63,282 nt of DNA, filler included, from Octopus bimaculoides (GCF_001194135.2; 6 parts of 6 records of this genome joined end to end with filler, not necessarily neighbours in it), one strand, 5' to 3'. Positions 1 to 13,079 are shown, numbered from the whole stretch's first letter. Made by a program: numbers and translations. Notes: generated by a model not told the origin, from the letters alone.

Positions 1-38
1 TACACACATATATATACGTAATATATATATATATATAT

Positions 39-78
<40 letters not shown>

Positions 79-98
79 GCGTGTGCGTGTGCGTGCGC
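1..98. repeat. (TA)n/(GT)n compound microsatellite
   Basis: Directly visible dinucleotide runs. Confidence 0.95.
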
Positions 99-539
99 GT
101 AAAGGAGGATTTGCTGAGTTGAATGTACCCATACCTCAACTAATTAGTATTTGCAGAGGAAATAGTACTCTTCTCAAGTAGTGTTGGTCGAGTGACACTT
201 GGTGGCAATCTAACTCTTCAAACATCTTACAGCTAGCAATATTGGTCTTGAAGCTGACAGCTTAGTGTAGCGTGGCAACCAGTAAGAAAGTTTCATATCG
301 TATTAGCGAGTGGAATATGAGAGTGTCACTCAAGCTAAACAGCAACAACCCACACCCAAAGTGGTGGGAGAGTGGAGAAATGCTTGCAATAATTAAGACG
401 ATGCTTGCAGAGGTGGACGTTAGTAAATGTATTACGTGTGACCTTACGTGAATCTACGTCTGCTTTTATGTGAATCTGTATTGTCGAGATTTCGTGTTCT
501 ACATGTGTGTATACAGATGGACAGACAGAAGGGTGGCTG

Positions 540-831
540 GATAGATAGATAGATAGATAGATAAGTTTCTTTATTAGCCACACAGGACCTAACACAGAGG
601 GGACAAAATACAATGTAGAGCTTTTCTTTTCGAAAATAGAAAAAAAAAGAAGAAAAATAACGTTCTGATCAAAAGAGATCGTGAAAAAAAAAACGATCAA
701 AAGGGATCGTGTATCACAGAACAGAGTAAAAATGTAAAAAGAAAGATTAGGTTTATCCGTGGAAAGAAAAGCCTACGGAAAAGACCATGGTAACCTCAGG
801 GAAGGAGGAAATAAACACATGAGAGCAAAGT

Positions 832-872
<41 letters not shown>

Positions 873-2628
873 TACAGGATCATGCTCAAAGTGGTTTCGT
901 CATTTGCGCACAACTATCTTTGCTACATTCACCTACCTTTTGTTGAAACTTTCACGAGACAAAACCTGCCTCTCCATTCTCACCTTCATTTTCAAGTGGT
1001 ACTTGAAAAAGTCGATGAGCGATTGGCCAGAGAGGTAAGTGTTTGTCTCTAAACCTTTCGCTCGAGTCCACCACACACATTCTTTCACCATGGCCACCAG
1101 TACGATGAAGACTGCCTTGCCTTCCCGGTTAAGGGAAGGTGGTAGAGTAACTTTCACGATAGACTCGGCCGACAAGCGAACTCGTCCCACACGTAAAAGC
1201 AGCCGTTCTGCATAAGCCCACAGGTCTGAAATGGTTGGACACTGCACGAGTGCGTGCAAAACGGTTTCGTCGTTCTGACCGCATCTCGGGCAAGTCCGTC
1301 CAGTGTGTCTCGAACCGTGCTTGTAGAACTTATCCCGAACGGATAATGCTTCTCGATAGCACTGCCAGGCCAGGGATCTCTGGTGATTGTCCATAGGTCC
1401 CGGCCCGAAAGTTGTCCTGAACAGGCAAGTCAGGTATTCCTCGTCGACGCCCAGATTCTGCCCGAGAACGTCGTCGCACCTCCCCTCCACTAATCCTCTA
1501 TAGAACTCCTTTGTGGAATTCAAGTCACACAAGTTTGGTCCCATACAGCAAAGTTGCTTGAGAGCAAGGCGGCACTCGCCTAGCCTTGGTCTCTGTTTGA
1601 TCCACGACTGCAGTTCAACCAAAGAGACGAACTGCGGGAAAGCGCGCCACACAAACGGTGACCAAACCTGTTCACTGTCGTCTATGAAGCACCAGAGATG
1701 TCGCAGTTTCAGCGCATGTCTGCGCATCATCAACCACAGTACGCCTAGCCCTCTATTTAGTGGGTGTTGACAGCAAATGGATCGCCTAACCATCGGAACG
1801 CTTCCTTTTTACAATAAGCGGAAGCGTATGCGTTCCAGTTTAGTGATGGTAGAGTCGGGACAAGGCACGACGGTCAGATGGTAATCGATGACGGATGCGA
1901 TGTACGCGTTCGCCACCGCCGCCCCACCTTTTAGAGACAGCTTCCTCTTGGCCCATTGCTGGGTGAGTGGCCACCCTAGTCATTGTCTCACCCTAGTTCT
2001 TCTCCATTTGGAGGTCCGGACCGAACCAGACACCGAGCAACTTAACCGGTCCGTCGGTCCAATGTCCCACAATGGAGACGCTGTTGGACGGCATGGGCTT
2101 GCTTCTCCAGGTGCCGAGCAGCAAGCCCACTGACTTTTCCCGGTTAATTTTTGCTCCCGTAACCGCTTCGTATTCATTTAGTGTCTCACCGACCAGGTCG
2201 ATGTGCCTGTAACTCGACACTATGACGGTGACGTCGTCCGCGTATGCAGACACGCTCCTCCTGCGTCCCAGCTCTCGCGGGATGCCCTTCAGTGTCGCCA
2301 GCTTCCGCTCAAGAGTCAATACGTACAGAAGCGACGAGGGGAGGCATCCTTGGCGAACCGAACGCGTGATGTTAAATGGTCTGGACAGATGACCATTTAC
2401 GCAAACTACTGAGCGGATGCCGCTGTATAAGGCAGTGACCCAACTGCGGAAGATGGGACTGAAACCGACCGCTCTAAGGACAGCCTCCAAGTAGTGATGG
2501 TCTACCTTATTGAAAGCTTTTGATTTATCCAAATTGATCAGCGCCCCACCCATACCAGGTTCCTTAACTACCCTGCCTCTGATGTAGCGCATCAGATGGA
2601 GGTTGTCATGGATACTCCTACCCGGCAC
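540..2628 (-). mobile_element. 5'-truncated Tx1/L1-like non-LTR retrotransposon (RT, C-terminal zinc finger, 3' UTR, (TCTA)n tail)
   Basis: ORF 1993-2628 has RT motifs LDKSKAFNKVDH, VRQGC.PSSLLY and YADD. ORF 933-1793 has a CCHC finger CPRCGQNDETVLHALVQC. ORF2 is broken (stop/frameshift between the ORFs, premature TAG near 933). AATAAA on the minus strand at 570-575, then (GATA)n at 540-563. Confidence 0.92.
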
Positions 2629-2835
2629 GTCACTTGATCTGCTAGAAATAGTAGCAAATATGCCTCAACTCACTCGCTAAACTCTTTTAAAAGTTGGAAG
2701 GATACCTCGGATAATGTGGTTTTAGATACATTGAAACTGTATCCGGAAACAATGCGATGAAATGGTCACGGTTAGGAATACTTTGATCATAGTCCTACTC
2801 GAGCAGAGCTGTCCTGGGGCTAAACCACAACGACA
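2629..2835 (+). repeat. Interspersed repeat 'family C' (GTCACTTRATCTGCTAGAAAT...CTGGGGCTAAAC)
   Basis: The same start motif recurs at 13681. Reverse-complement pieces occur near 6615-6680, 12125-12200 and 39990-40170. Confidence 0.55.
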
Positions 2836-3180
2836 ATAAGACAACCACTCTCAGACAACCATTTTTCTCAGACAGACAGCCGTGTTCTATTCAGTTGCAT
2901 TGTGTAATCATAGACTACTCAAATTGAATATTTAAAACAGGTGGCGCTCTTGACCTTTCACCTCCTTCCATTTTATGCTGTGAAGCATTTATTCATTATT
3001 TGTTAACGTCTCAGGTCGCCTTGTTAATCATGCTGCATTGTCATGATAAACACACAGACATAGAGAGTATGAGAACTACAGCAACATCTCCATCAGTTTA
3101 AATGAATCTGTCATAATATCTATTTGTATTGTAATAAAGAAAGTTGTTTATTAATTAGGTTGAATTACGTAACTATTACT

Positions 3181-3360
3181 AAGGCGTTGAGCTGGTAGAA
3201 TCGTTAGCACGCCGAGAAAAATGCTTTTGTCCGACTTTACGCTCTGAGTTCAAATGCTGCCGGAGTCGACTTTCATCTTTTTCGGGATCGACACGAGGTC
3301 GATGTAATCGATTTGCTCCCTCCGCCGAACTTGCTAGCCTCGAACCAAAAGTTTGAGACC
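3181..3360 (+). mobile_element. Degenerate tRNA-like SINE (family A), internally deleted
   Basis: Head AAGGCG..GAGCTGGTAGAATCGTTAGCACGCC and B-box-like GAGTTCAAAT match the better copies at 19741 and 57398. Confidence 0.75.
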
Positions 3361-3944
3361 ATTATGTAACTAGAAGAAAACAATTATTAAATCTAAAGTG
3401 TTTAGTTTAATGAATGAAAAAACACCGCATAATCGTAAACAATCTCCGTCAGATACGATATAACAGCCAGCTTGAGCAAATAAAAAAGTCCAATAATCCT
3501 TAATGAATGGTTAGCTCATAAGATTTTATCGTCATCTAATAGACTAAAGTCAAATCAATCCGAGAAAGCCCATCCCTTCAGAGACCATTGGCTGTGAATT
3601 GTCTGCAATTTGAATAGATAACTGGAGTTAAAAGAGGTAAATGGCTCGATCAAGAATCGAACCAGTATCTGCAGACTCTGTTTCAGCAGCGATTGTACGA
3701 TTGTACATCCATCATCAAACCAAGTAGGAAACGAAAACTTTGTTTTAGTAATTATTACTGTTGTTTTGGCCACAAAATTTGCATTTCAACAATTATGCTT
3801 TGATGCTGTCTGTATCTTAACGTGAAATTCTTTGAATTCATGGTTTAACTAAATACTTACTTTGGAGAGTTTCATGAGAATTTAACGATTCTGTTGACAG
3901 CACACAACTTCCACCACGCACACACCTAAACATATACCTACTGC

Positions 3945-4003
3945 ACATACATACATACACATACATACATACACATACATACACACAGACAGACAGACAG
4001 CAG

Positions 4004-4070
<67 letters not shown>
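3945..4070. repeat. Compound (CATA)n-(CAGA)n-(GATA)n microsatellite
   Basis: Visible tetranucleotide runs. Confidence 0.95.
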
Positions 4071-4071
<1 letters not shown>

Positions 4072-4382
4072 TCACTAATTTTTCGCTTAGTTTGTCCCTA
4101 ACCATGATTAGTTTTACTTGCTTGCTGCTTGCCAGTGCGGTACAACGGAAATGCTGTGAAATAAGTCAGCCTCAAATATCCAAGTACTCAATGAATGCAA
4201 CCCTTCTTAAGAAGTCTTCTAAGGGATCAAGAATTTCTTTCATCGTCTGGAATTTCTAACTGGATTGAATACATTACTTCACAAACACAGACCAAGATAT
4301 ACCTTGCTATTATCCATTCACCTAAAATCTGTTTCCATTGCTTTACTGTTGCTAAACTCACGTTACGTATATTATCCCTGAT

Positions 4383-4620
4383 CTATCTTTTATTTTTTAC
4401 TCGTTTCAGTCATTGGACTGCGACCATGCTGGGGCACCGCCTTGAAGGGTTTAGTCGGACAAATCGGCTCCATTACTTATTAGTTTTAAAGTATGGTACT
4501 TATTCCATCGGTCTCTTTTGCCGGACCGCTAAATTAGGAGGACGTAAACAAACCAGCACCAGTTGTCAAGCGATGGTGGGTGACAAACACAAAGACACAC
4601 ACACACGTGTGTGCGTGCGA
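4383..4620 (-). mobile_element. SINE family B, 3' half
   Basis: Reverse complement of the CCAGCATGGCCGCAGTCAAATGACTGAAAC..TAAAAGA end also seen at 13080-13296, 59648-59725 and 62430-62632. Confidence 0.8.
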
Positions 4621-4680
4621 GCGCGCATGTTGATGTAAACAGGAACAATAAAACTCAAAATATACGTGTTTTTTATTAAT

Positions 4681-5093
4681 CTTTTCTACTCTCGGCACAA
4701 AGCCCGAAAATTTGGGGGAGGAGGTCAGTCGATTAGATCGACCCAATATGCAACTGGTACTTAATTTATCGACCCCGAAAGGATGAAAGGCAAAGTTGAC
4801 CTCGGCGGAATTTGAACTCAGTACGTAAATACAGACGAAATAGCGCTAAGCATTTCGCCTGGTGTGCTAACGATTCTTTTCTACTCTAGGCATAAGGCCC
4901 GAAATTTTGGGGGAGCGGGCCAGTGGATTATATCGACCCCAGTACACAACTGGTACTTAATTTATCGACCCCGAAAGGATGAAAGGCAAAATCGACCTCG
5001 GCGGAATTTGAACTCAGAACGTAACGGCAGACGAAATACCGCTAAGCATTTCGCCCGGTATGGTAACGTTTCTGCCAGCTCGCCGACCTTTTA
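4681..5093 (-). mobile_element. Head-to-tail dimer of SINE family A (4681-4875 and 4876-5090)
   Basis: Two near-complete copies with A-box-like TGGCAGAAxCG and B-box-like GAGTTCAAATTCC. Flanked by TGTTTTTT(T)ATTAAT at 4667-4680 and 5094-5108. Confidence 0.9.
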
Positions 5094-5477
5094 TGTTTTT
5101 TTATTAATATTTAGCAGAAACAATAGGATGACTCAAGGCGCGAGAGTTTCGTGCGTTAGCACTTATCCAAATGCCATGTGGTTGGGAAACAAACTTCTTA
5201 CCACACAGCCATGCCTGCGCCAAAGCATGACGGTAACTAAAAAAGAAAATTAAAAGAATAAACGTTAAACCATTAACCTTCAGTAAAAACACCATTGCCA
5301 GCCTGACTGACTTGCCTAGCGATACACCAATGGCCACCTAAAACATGGGTGGTGGGGTTTTTCTCGCGCTCTGTGTTACTACTTTGGCATTCTCAGTTCC
5401 TTTCATTGAATTTTAACTCCGGCAGACTAATTTCTGAGGTACCCAACAGGAAGACGAAGTTTAAAACCCTCAGATCA

Positions 5478-5512
<35 letters not shown>

Positions 5513-6809
5513 ACGAGCACGTTTCCACCCACACGAACCATTCGAGTCGTTGAACAATTTTGCGTGTCTTCTAAAACTTTCTCTTGCTGGTAAACTAAAT
5601 AACATTAACAAGTCAAAAATAAACTTGCCCATATAATTTAATTCTTTTCTCTCTTTTTTTCTTTTTAATAGAGAGAAGAATTTCATGAAATATATATAAA
5701 GCAAAACCATATTTTCTTGTTGATGCTATATGCTACAATAAATAGAATTCTTTATGTTCTGGCCAGCGGTCTGTGATTCTATCTTGCCGATTCGCCGCTC
5801 TGCTGAGAAAATCTAGTGCACTTTACTGACATATGATGAAATCGGCTGACTTAGATGACTGTCTCAAACTAACAGGCTGTCAATAAACGATACACTATAA
5901 CGACACAGCAACTCAAGTGTATAAGCCTTAACAGTGAAGAGCTTCCTTGTTATTTTCTCTCCTAACATCTTCAAAAAAAAAAAACGGAATGAATAAATAA
6001 ATAAAATAGACTGAAGTAAGAAAATAGACTCTGAGACAAACTGTTGTTGTCAAGTGTGGGAAAATGAAACATAAATAATAACCTGCCACTGTCTGATTTA
6101 ATTCTTTTATAAGTGTTCGTTTTATATTNNNNNNNNNNNNNNNNNNNNNNNNNNNNNNNNNNNNNNNNNNNNNNNNNNNNNNNNNNNNNNNNNNNNNNNN
6201 NNNNNNNNNNNNNNNNNNNNNNNNNNNNNNNNNNNNNNNNNNNNNNNNNNNNNNNNNNNNNNNNNNNNNNNNNNNNNNNNNNNNNNNNNNNNNNNNNNNN
6301 TATATATATATATATATATATATATATGCGTGTGCATCTTAATATAAAGTGTTCTCTTTGCGTTTCTCTTCTATACTTTCGACGCCAGAATCATAGAAGT
6401 TTATAGAATTAAGTATTCTGGTTATACTATAAAGAAAGTACAGTCTACTGTAGCTTATCCAACTTCCCTATGTTCTTTAGATTATACTTAATACACTCCG
6501 TATCTAGGGCAGCAAAAAAATAAAGGACAAAACGAGGAAAGTGCATTATATTGTGTGTGTGCGTGTGTTTTAGCGCATATATACGTTTTTGTTGGCGATG
6601 AAGATGATAATGTTGTTATTTAGTTTCAAGTCACCTCTGATCAAACAGACCTATGGTAAACGGCGTTCCAGAGGTGCCTAACAATCTGTACGTGTGCGTG
6701 CGTGCGTGTGTGTTCGTTCTCTTTCTCTTTTTAGTTTGGAATAAATTTTGGCCGACCACCTACTTGCCAGCAAGGTTATGAAGGAAAGCATCTCATTTTG
6801 CTCATTATC

Positions 6810-7055
6810 CTATAAATCTTAAGAAGGTCTTACAAATTTCTTTAGTACCAAATATCATGATCATTTGTTCAGCAATACTTTGCTCCAGACGGGTTGGTAT
6901 GTATCCTGTGGCTCCAATAATAATGGGTACAAAACAGAAAGTGTATCTTCGGTACTGGATTTGCAAATCCTTTATCAATGGTCCTTAGATGTCCTCTTTC
7001 TCTTGTATTTTTCTAACCACATTGGTGTCCAGAGGGCGACAACGTCCTCTACACA
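6810..7055 (-). mobile_element. 3' fragment of an R4/Dong/NeSL-like (RLE) non-LTR retrotransposon, subfamily B
   Basis: Minus strand reads approx. CRPLDTNVVRKIQEKEDI*GPLIKDLQIQYRRYTFCFVPIIIGATGYIPTRLEQS, homologous to 53590-53770. Confidence 0.75.
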
Positions 7056-7457
7056 CACATATGCATACATACATACACGAATGCATGCATACATACATAC
7101 ACGAATGCATGCATACATACCAGAAAGGAGAAAGCTGATTCGATGACTACAGATCCAATCCATCAATGGAACTGCAAAAATCTGTAAAACTTTCCAGAAG
7201 TTTATCATTTAAGTATATATGAGCATGTCTAGATATGCAACTACATGCATAAGTAGACATACATAAAACAAAACGTATAAATCTGCACGTATAGATACAA
7301 AAAATCTCTGTTGTTGATGTTGAAATTCCAATGGAGGAGTCATGGATCTAGGTTAGAAACTGGCTCTTTCTCTGTGTGTGAGTATGTGCGCGCGCGCTTT
7401 GTTCCTAACCATACATGTAAGCATGATGTGATTCAGTGGTTAAGAAGTTCTCTTAGC

Positions 7458-7912
7458 GACCATAGAAAAATTCTCGGACCGTGAGTGCGGTCAAGAAAGA
7501 TCCTACTCGGCCTGCACAAGCAGTTCAAGATAGCCTCCGCAGGTAGCTGCGAAGGTCGTAACTAATAGTACCTTATCAAAGGTCAAGGCTACCTTTAACA
7601 AGGAAGATTTCATCTACCTCGCCGCCTACTCCGAACTGTCAATGCGGATGTGTCTGCAGACAGCAAGTTATTTGCTTGTATTGTATTTTTTGATCCTTTA
7701 TAATAATAATAAAATGATTTGTATTGAACAAGGTTTTCGAGGGGTTATCGGTCGGCCGGTGCCGGTGACCCTCCTATTTTTAGTTCATTCTTTTTGTTAT
7801 CACCTCCATCTCATTTATGTTTGTGTCCAGCCCGCAGCTTCTTTATGTCTATCTGTCCTTGTGTGTCCCCTCTTTGTAAGGCCTTAATGGCCAATATATA
7901 TATGAAATAAAG
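7458..7912 (+). mobile_element. Short retroposed insertion with 16-bp TSD and a Tx1-like 3' end
   Basis: AAGAAGTTCTCTTAGC at 7442-7457 and 7910-7925. The 3' end GTCCCCTCTTTGTAAGGCCTTAATGGCCAAT..AATAAAGAA resembles the Tx1 terminus. Confidence 0.65.
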
Positions 7913-8049
7913 AAGTTCTCTTAGCAATCTAGCGCTTCCAGCTTCCATTCCGCTGCGTAGCATTTTGAACAACTGGGAAGAAAAAATAACCTCGGAGCAG
8001 CACATACCTTTTAAGTAAAACTGGTTAAACAGAAACTATATAAAAACCC

Positions 8050-8458
8050 AATAATCTTGACGAGAAGGGGGCTAGTGATCACCATCGACCTCTGTACTTC
8101 ACTGGTACTTTATTTTATCGGACTCGGATGGTTGAAAAGTAAAGCTGATTTGAGCGAGATCTGAAATTGGAACGTAAAGAACCGGAAGAAATAGTACATG
8201 ATATTTTGTCCGATGCTCTATCGATTTTTCAGATCGTCACTCTCCGACTGATTAGTTATTTCTAATTTAGGCACAAAACTAGCAACACTGAGGAGAGAGA
8301 AAAGGTTAATCGATTAAATCGATCCCAGTGATTAATTGGTACTTTATTTCAAGGCAAAGTCGGCCTCGGTGGGAATTGAACTTAAAGAGAAAAATGAGTC
8401 TGAAGAAAAACCGAAAGGCATCCTGTCAGTCAAACGATTCTGCCAGCTCAACGTCGCC
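8050..8458 (-). mobile_element. Two strongly degenerate tandem SINE family A copies
   Basis: Remnant motifs ACTGGTACTTTATTT, AAGGCAAAGTCGGCCTCGG and GATTCTGCCAGCTC. Imperfect repeat CTCCGA(C/T)TG(A/G)TTA near 8241 and 8458 may be a TSD. Confidence 0.6.
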
Positions 8459-9233
8459 TCCGATTGGTTAATTAATATAAAGAAAATTACATCAAATAGT
8501 AAAATTTAGTTATTTTTAATTCAAACTATACAGATATTTTAATAACACTGTATCATCTTTGACTTTTTCAACAGAAGTGAAGTAAGATCTAAGGAAGAAA
8601 AAAAGCTAAAATATTTACTTACGTCATAGTAACTGAGAAACTTCGAGAAACGTGAAATGGTTCGTATTTTGCTTTTTCATTTTTTTTTTTTCTTGTAACC
8701 ATAGAACTGAAAGTAGATAAAGATATACATAATAGCTTGTATTGTAAATGCTGGATTAAAAAGACTTTTGAAAAGAATAAAAGTCGAAGACTGCTTGTAA
8801 GAATCGAACCCACATCGACTGTAAACATGACAGAGGTTCTACTATTGGACCAGAGAAATATTTGGAATTTTAAAAGGGATGAATCAAAGAGTCCTGAGGA
8901 ATTTCAAAGTGAGAAGGTTTAGTTACCATCTAACCTACTTGGCTTCAGATAACAATCAAGCTTAAACAAGGTTCTAATGTCTCGCCCGTTGTAAACTTAT
9001 AACAAAACATCTCTCTATATATATTCAGTGAAAGATATTCATAAACAAGAACCACCCAAATTCATTTTATTTTTGGAATACCACATAGCAATGAACTTAA
9101 AGAAATAAAAAGAAATAATATATGACTACACCTAGTATACAACGAACACGTGTTGTCTAATAAACGAAAGTATGTGCAGTTTATTAAATATGTAGAGATG
9201 TGGACGAAAAAATATTTAGGTATGTTAACATTT

Positions 9234-9377
9234 GTATGTATATACACAGGTATAAACACACATTCAAAGGACAATACAGGGGAAAACAGATACGTGCATA
9301 TATATGTGTATATATGCACGTATCTGTTCTTCCTTGTATTGTCTTTTGAATGTGTTTATAACTGTATATATACATAC
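9234..9377. repeat. Inverted repeat, ~70-bp arms, 4-nt loop
   Basis: ..CATTCAAAGGACAATACAGGGGAAAACAGATACGTGCATATATA-TGTG-TATATATGCACGTATCTGTTCTTCCTTGTATTGTCTTTTGAATG.. Confidence 0.9.
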
Positions 9378-9379
9378 AT

Positions 9380-10086
9380 ATATATATGTACATGCATATA
9401 TATACATACATATACATACATATACATACATATATACATACATACACACACATATATATATACATATATACACACGTGCATACACATACATACATATACA
9501 CATATATAGACACATACATACATACATGCATATATATATATACATATATATACACACATACATACATATACGCACATACATATATATACACACATACATA
9601 CATATACACACATACATACATATACGCACATACATATATATACACATACATATATATATACACATACATATATATATACACATACATATATATATATACA
9701 CATACATACATATGTATGTATGTACATACATACATATGTATGTATGTGCATATATATGTATATATATGTAGATGTATATATATATATATGTATGTGTGTG
9801 TATATATATATATATATGTATGTATAGATATATATATATATGTATGTATATATATATGTATATGTATGTATATGTATGTATGTTTATGTGTGTATGTATG
9901 TACGTATGCATATATGTATGTATATACAGGTATATATTCACAAATACAGATATGCATACATACATGCATGCATATATATACAATATATATATTTCACTCT
10001 CCACAGTCATTTTACTGTAATATTTGTGTGTGTAATTCTTTGTAGGTATGCATGGGTATGTATGTACAAATAAACACATATGCATA

Positions 10087-10126
<40 letters not shown>
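9380..10126. repeat. Degenerate (CATA)n/(TA)n/(TATG)n microsatellite field
   Basis: Explains all the YIH/CMYV-rich ORFs. The CATA-rich half switches to a TATG-rich half around 9710-9740. Confidence 0.95.
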
Positions 10127-10129
<3 letters not shown>

Positions 10130-10635
10130 TGGTTGTCTACTCCTTAAACAGAGTTTGACCACCTCCTGCACCTACACCTTAGCCCTTTCATGGCGTCTAC
10201 ACACACAAAACATTGAAACATACCCGACACAATACAGGATATTAAAAGTCATAAAATATTACCCATTATTTATTTCATTGCTTCAAGTGTTATACAATGA
10301 ATTCCTGTCGGCAAGTATTTATTATTAAACTAATATTGTGACCAAAAGCGAACAGCGTCAAACCTTGGCATTCATATATTTACATTGTGTATCTTCTGCA
10401 TACGGCATTGTTTCGCTTTGTTTTTGTGTCTACGGAAGAATGCTTAGGGCATATTTATTAGTTTCGTCTTCTCGGAAAAATGTAATGTTTCACAAGTATT
10501 TTATTTGTTTATTTCTTAAAGGAATTACCATCAGTATCGACTGTTTATTATAATTACAGCTAGGAAAATTATTTTCTATGCCGAAAACTGGTTCTCAGAA
10601 TAATGCAAAGTCCTAGGTTAAGCTTTTGATCTCCA

Positions 10636-10683
<48 letters not shown>

Positions 10684-10693
10684 NNNNNNNNNN

Positions 10694-11171
10694 ACAAGAT
10701 CCAAATTTTGAACGAAGTGCAACAGTTTCTACTTCCATAACAAATGCTTCTGCGTGTTATCAAGAAATTTATAGAGAACGAAAAAAAGGCTTCTTCTAAG
10801 CAAACAACTCTAGACTTGTATTTTTAAAAACAAATCTATAAGTCCGTCTACGAGTGCTTGCGAATCGGCGATCGCGTCTACAAGTGATGGCGTGCGCGAG
10901 TCCAATGCGACTGAAAGTAATTCAGAAAACGATTATAATAATAATATACATTATTATAAATGATCTTGACATGCTTTTTACTTTACATAAAACATTCTTT
11001 ACATTCTACTTTTGTTTTATTGACATTTGTTTTCGAGTATTATAAATTTTATAGGTAAAATATTTTTAGGGAACGAATAACGATTTATAACATTGTTACT
11101 ATGAGAAATTATTGCTCTGCTTTACGAGCGGTCACCGTGAATAAATTAGTTCGTATGTTGAGACATTATTG
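10694..11171 (+). mobile_element. pogo/Tigger-like DNA transposon 3' remnant
   Basis: Translates to DPNFERSATVSTSITNASACYQEIYRERKK/..KQTTLDLYF, typical of a Tigger C-terminus. Ends with TTCGTATGTTGAGACATTATTG, resembling a Tigger TIR. Confidence 0.6.
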
Positions 11172-11269
11172 AATATATGTCTTAAATTTATAATTTATAC
11201 TGGATCGGGTATGTATGTATGTATGTAGATAGAGAGAGAGAGGGTTAGAGAGAGGGAGGTTAGAGAGAT

Positions 11270-11720
11270 TGATAGAGAGATAGATAGATAGATAGATAGA
11301 TAATGTTTCTTTATTGGCCCCACAGGGCTGAACACAGAGGGGACAAAATACAAAGTAGAGCTTTTCTTTTTTTGGAAGAGAAGAAAACAAAAGTGGTGTA
11401 GAAATTCGATCAAAAGGGATCGTGGGAAAAATAAGGCCGATCAATAGGGATCGTGTATCACAGAAATGTCATAATGTAAAAAGGGGATACAGATTAGGTT
11501 TATCCGTGGAAAGAAAAGCCTACGGAAAAGACCACGGTAACCTCGGGCAATAATGCCATGCAAAAAAAAAACATTACAGTAAGTTACTCTTTTTTCCTTT
11601 CCTTTCTTTTGGTTCATAGGGTTACGCTCAAGGTGGCTCCGTCATTCACACGTGTCATCCTTGCTACATTCACCCATCTTTTTTTGAAACATTCACAAGA
11701 CAAAAGTTCCTTCTCTGGGC
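11270..11720 (-). mobile_element. 5'-truncated Tx1-like copy (ORF2 end, 3' UTR, (TCTA)n tail)
   Basis: Aligns with 540-960 (GAAAGAAAAGCCTACGGAAAAGACCA). ORF end KKRWVNVARMTRVNDGATLSVTL. Confidence 0.9.
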
Positions 11721-12235
11721 ATGTTTTTGTAACTACATTTAAACTCTCCATGTAGTTATAAAAATATGTCCTGTTGAAATGAAATTTCAGTAAATTTCTA
11801 TATCTTTGTGCAGCTGAGGATTGCTCTGCATTTTGCATTTGATGTAATGTTCACATTGCTTAAATAAATGGAGTCGCATGAAACGATCGTACTGCATTAA
11901 CTTTGGATATCCTTATTGCTTATTATATACGCAAACACATACAGACACACGTACACAAACATACACACAGGTACGCACACACATTCACACCTTTCTACAT
12001 TCTCGGAATGTATACATACACACACATTCATATAGACACACAAACGCGCGCGCGCACTCATACACGCGCGCATGGCTGTAATCACCTCAGCAATTACCAC
12101 CACATATGCCAACGTAACTGTCGTAGCTGTTTAGCTCCAGGTCACTCCTCGTCAAACAGATTTGTTCCAACCGTGACCAGCCTGACTCTTTAGAAACATC
12201 TTGGACGTTACCTTGTTTAATGTGCTTCCCTTTTT

Positions 12236-12360
12236 AGGCGACAAATTGGCAGAGCTGTTAGCGCACAAAACAAATGCCTTGCGGTATTCGTTCTGCCACC
12301 TTACACTCTGAGTTCAAATTCCGCCGGGGCTCACTCCGCCTTTCTTCTTTTCAGGGCAAT
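12236..12360 (+). mobile_element. Partial degenerate SINE family A
   Basis: TTGGCAGAGCTGTTAGC..CTGAGTTCAAATTCCGCCGGGG. Confidence 0.65.
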
Positions 12361-13079
12361 ATATTGGATGGATTGTTGCAGCATCAGAAGAGATACCTGA
12401 TGGTATTTGTTCCCACCCTTTGCGTTCCGAGTTCTTTGAGAGTAGGCTTAGACCATTGTCTAGTTTAGCAACCCCACCATGGCTTTGGGCACCTTAAGAA
12501 AAGTTCACTCCAATTTGAGGATTCAGACCAGGTCTCCTGTTGGAGGATACCTTCCTCACTTTCTGCTGCCAATCTTGGGGAACCTGAGAAATAAAGGGGT
12601 CATAATTGCTGCCCTTTCTTCTCTGACTAAATGGAAAAAAAAAATGGATATGTAAGATTTAAGGGTGACTTGACTGCTATTTCTAGTGAGTCGAGCAACC
12701 CTGTAAAGTTGTCCTCGCTGGTTTGTGATTGCTCTGACCACAACTATCGCCACTTCCATGACTGTCGATGCCACACCATCGTATACACAAACATGACAAC
12801 AATAACAACAACCGCTGCTATTGTAATTCATCCGCAAATGACTATACCTCTCGGATCGGCTAGAACAAATAGACACCGTAGACTGGACTGCGGTCAAACT
12901 GGAGCAGAGAAAAAAAAGGAAAGAAAAGAAAGACAATCAAAATTATAATTCCATTCCAAACATACACTCCCAAGAAGCCTGTACATGTTCATCCTGCAAG
13001 AAACAACGGTTAAAGCTCCCTCGCATCACTCTCTAATGCAGGAGTGGCGAAACCCCCATCTACGGGCAGAATGCGTGTG

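Noticed and set aside
3181-3260. SINE heads as tRNA genes
   Set aside because: A/B-box-like motifs are present, but there is no complete cloverleaf and they continue into SINE body sequence.
9184-10091. Long ORFs of 130-275 aa rich in Y/I/H/C/M/V
   Set aside because: Translations of (CATA)/(TA)/(TATG) microsatellites, which lack stop codons.
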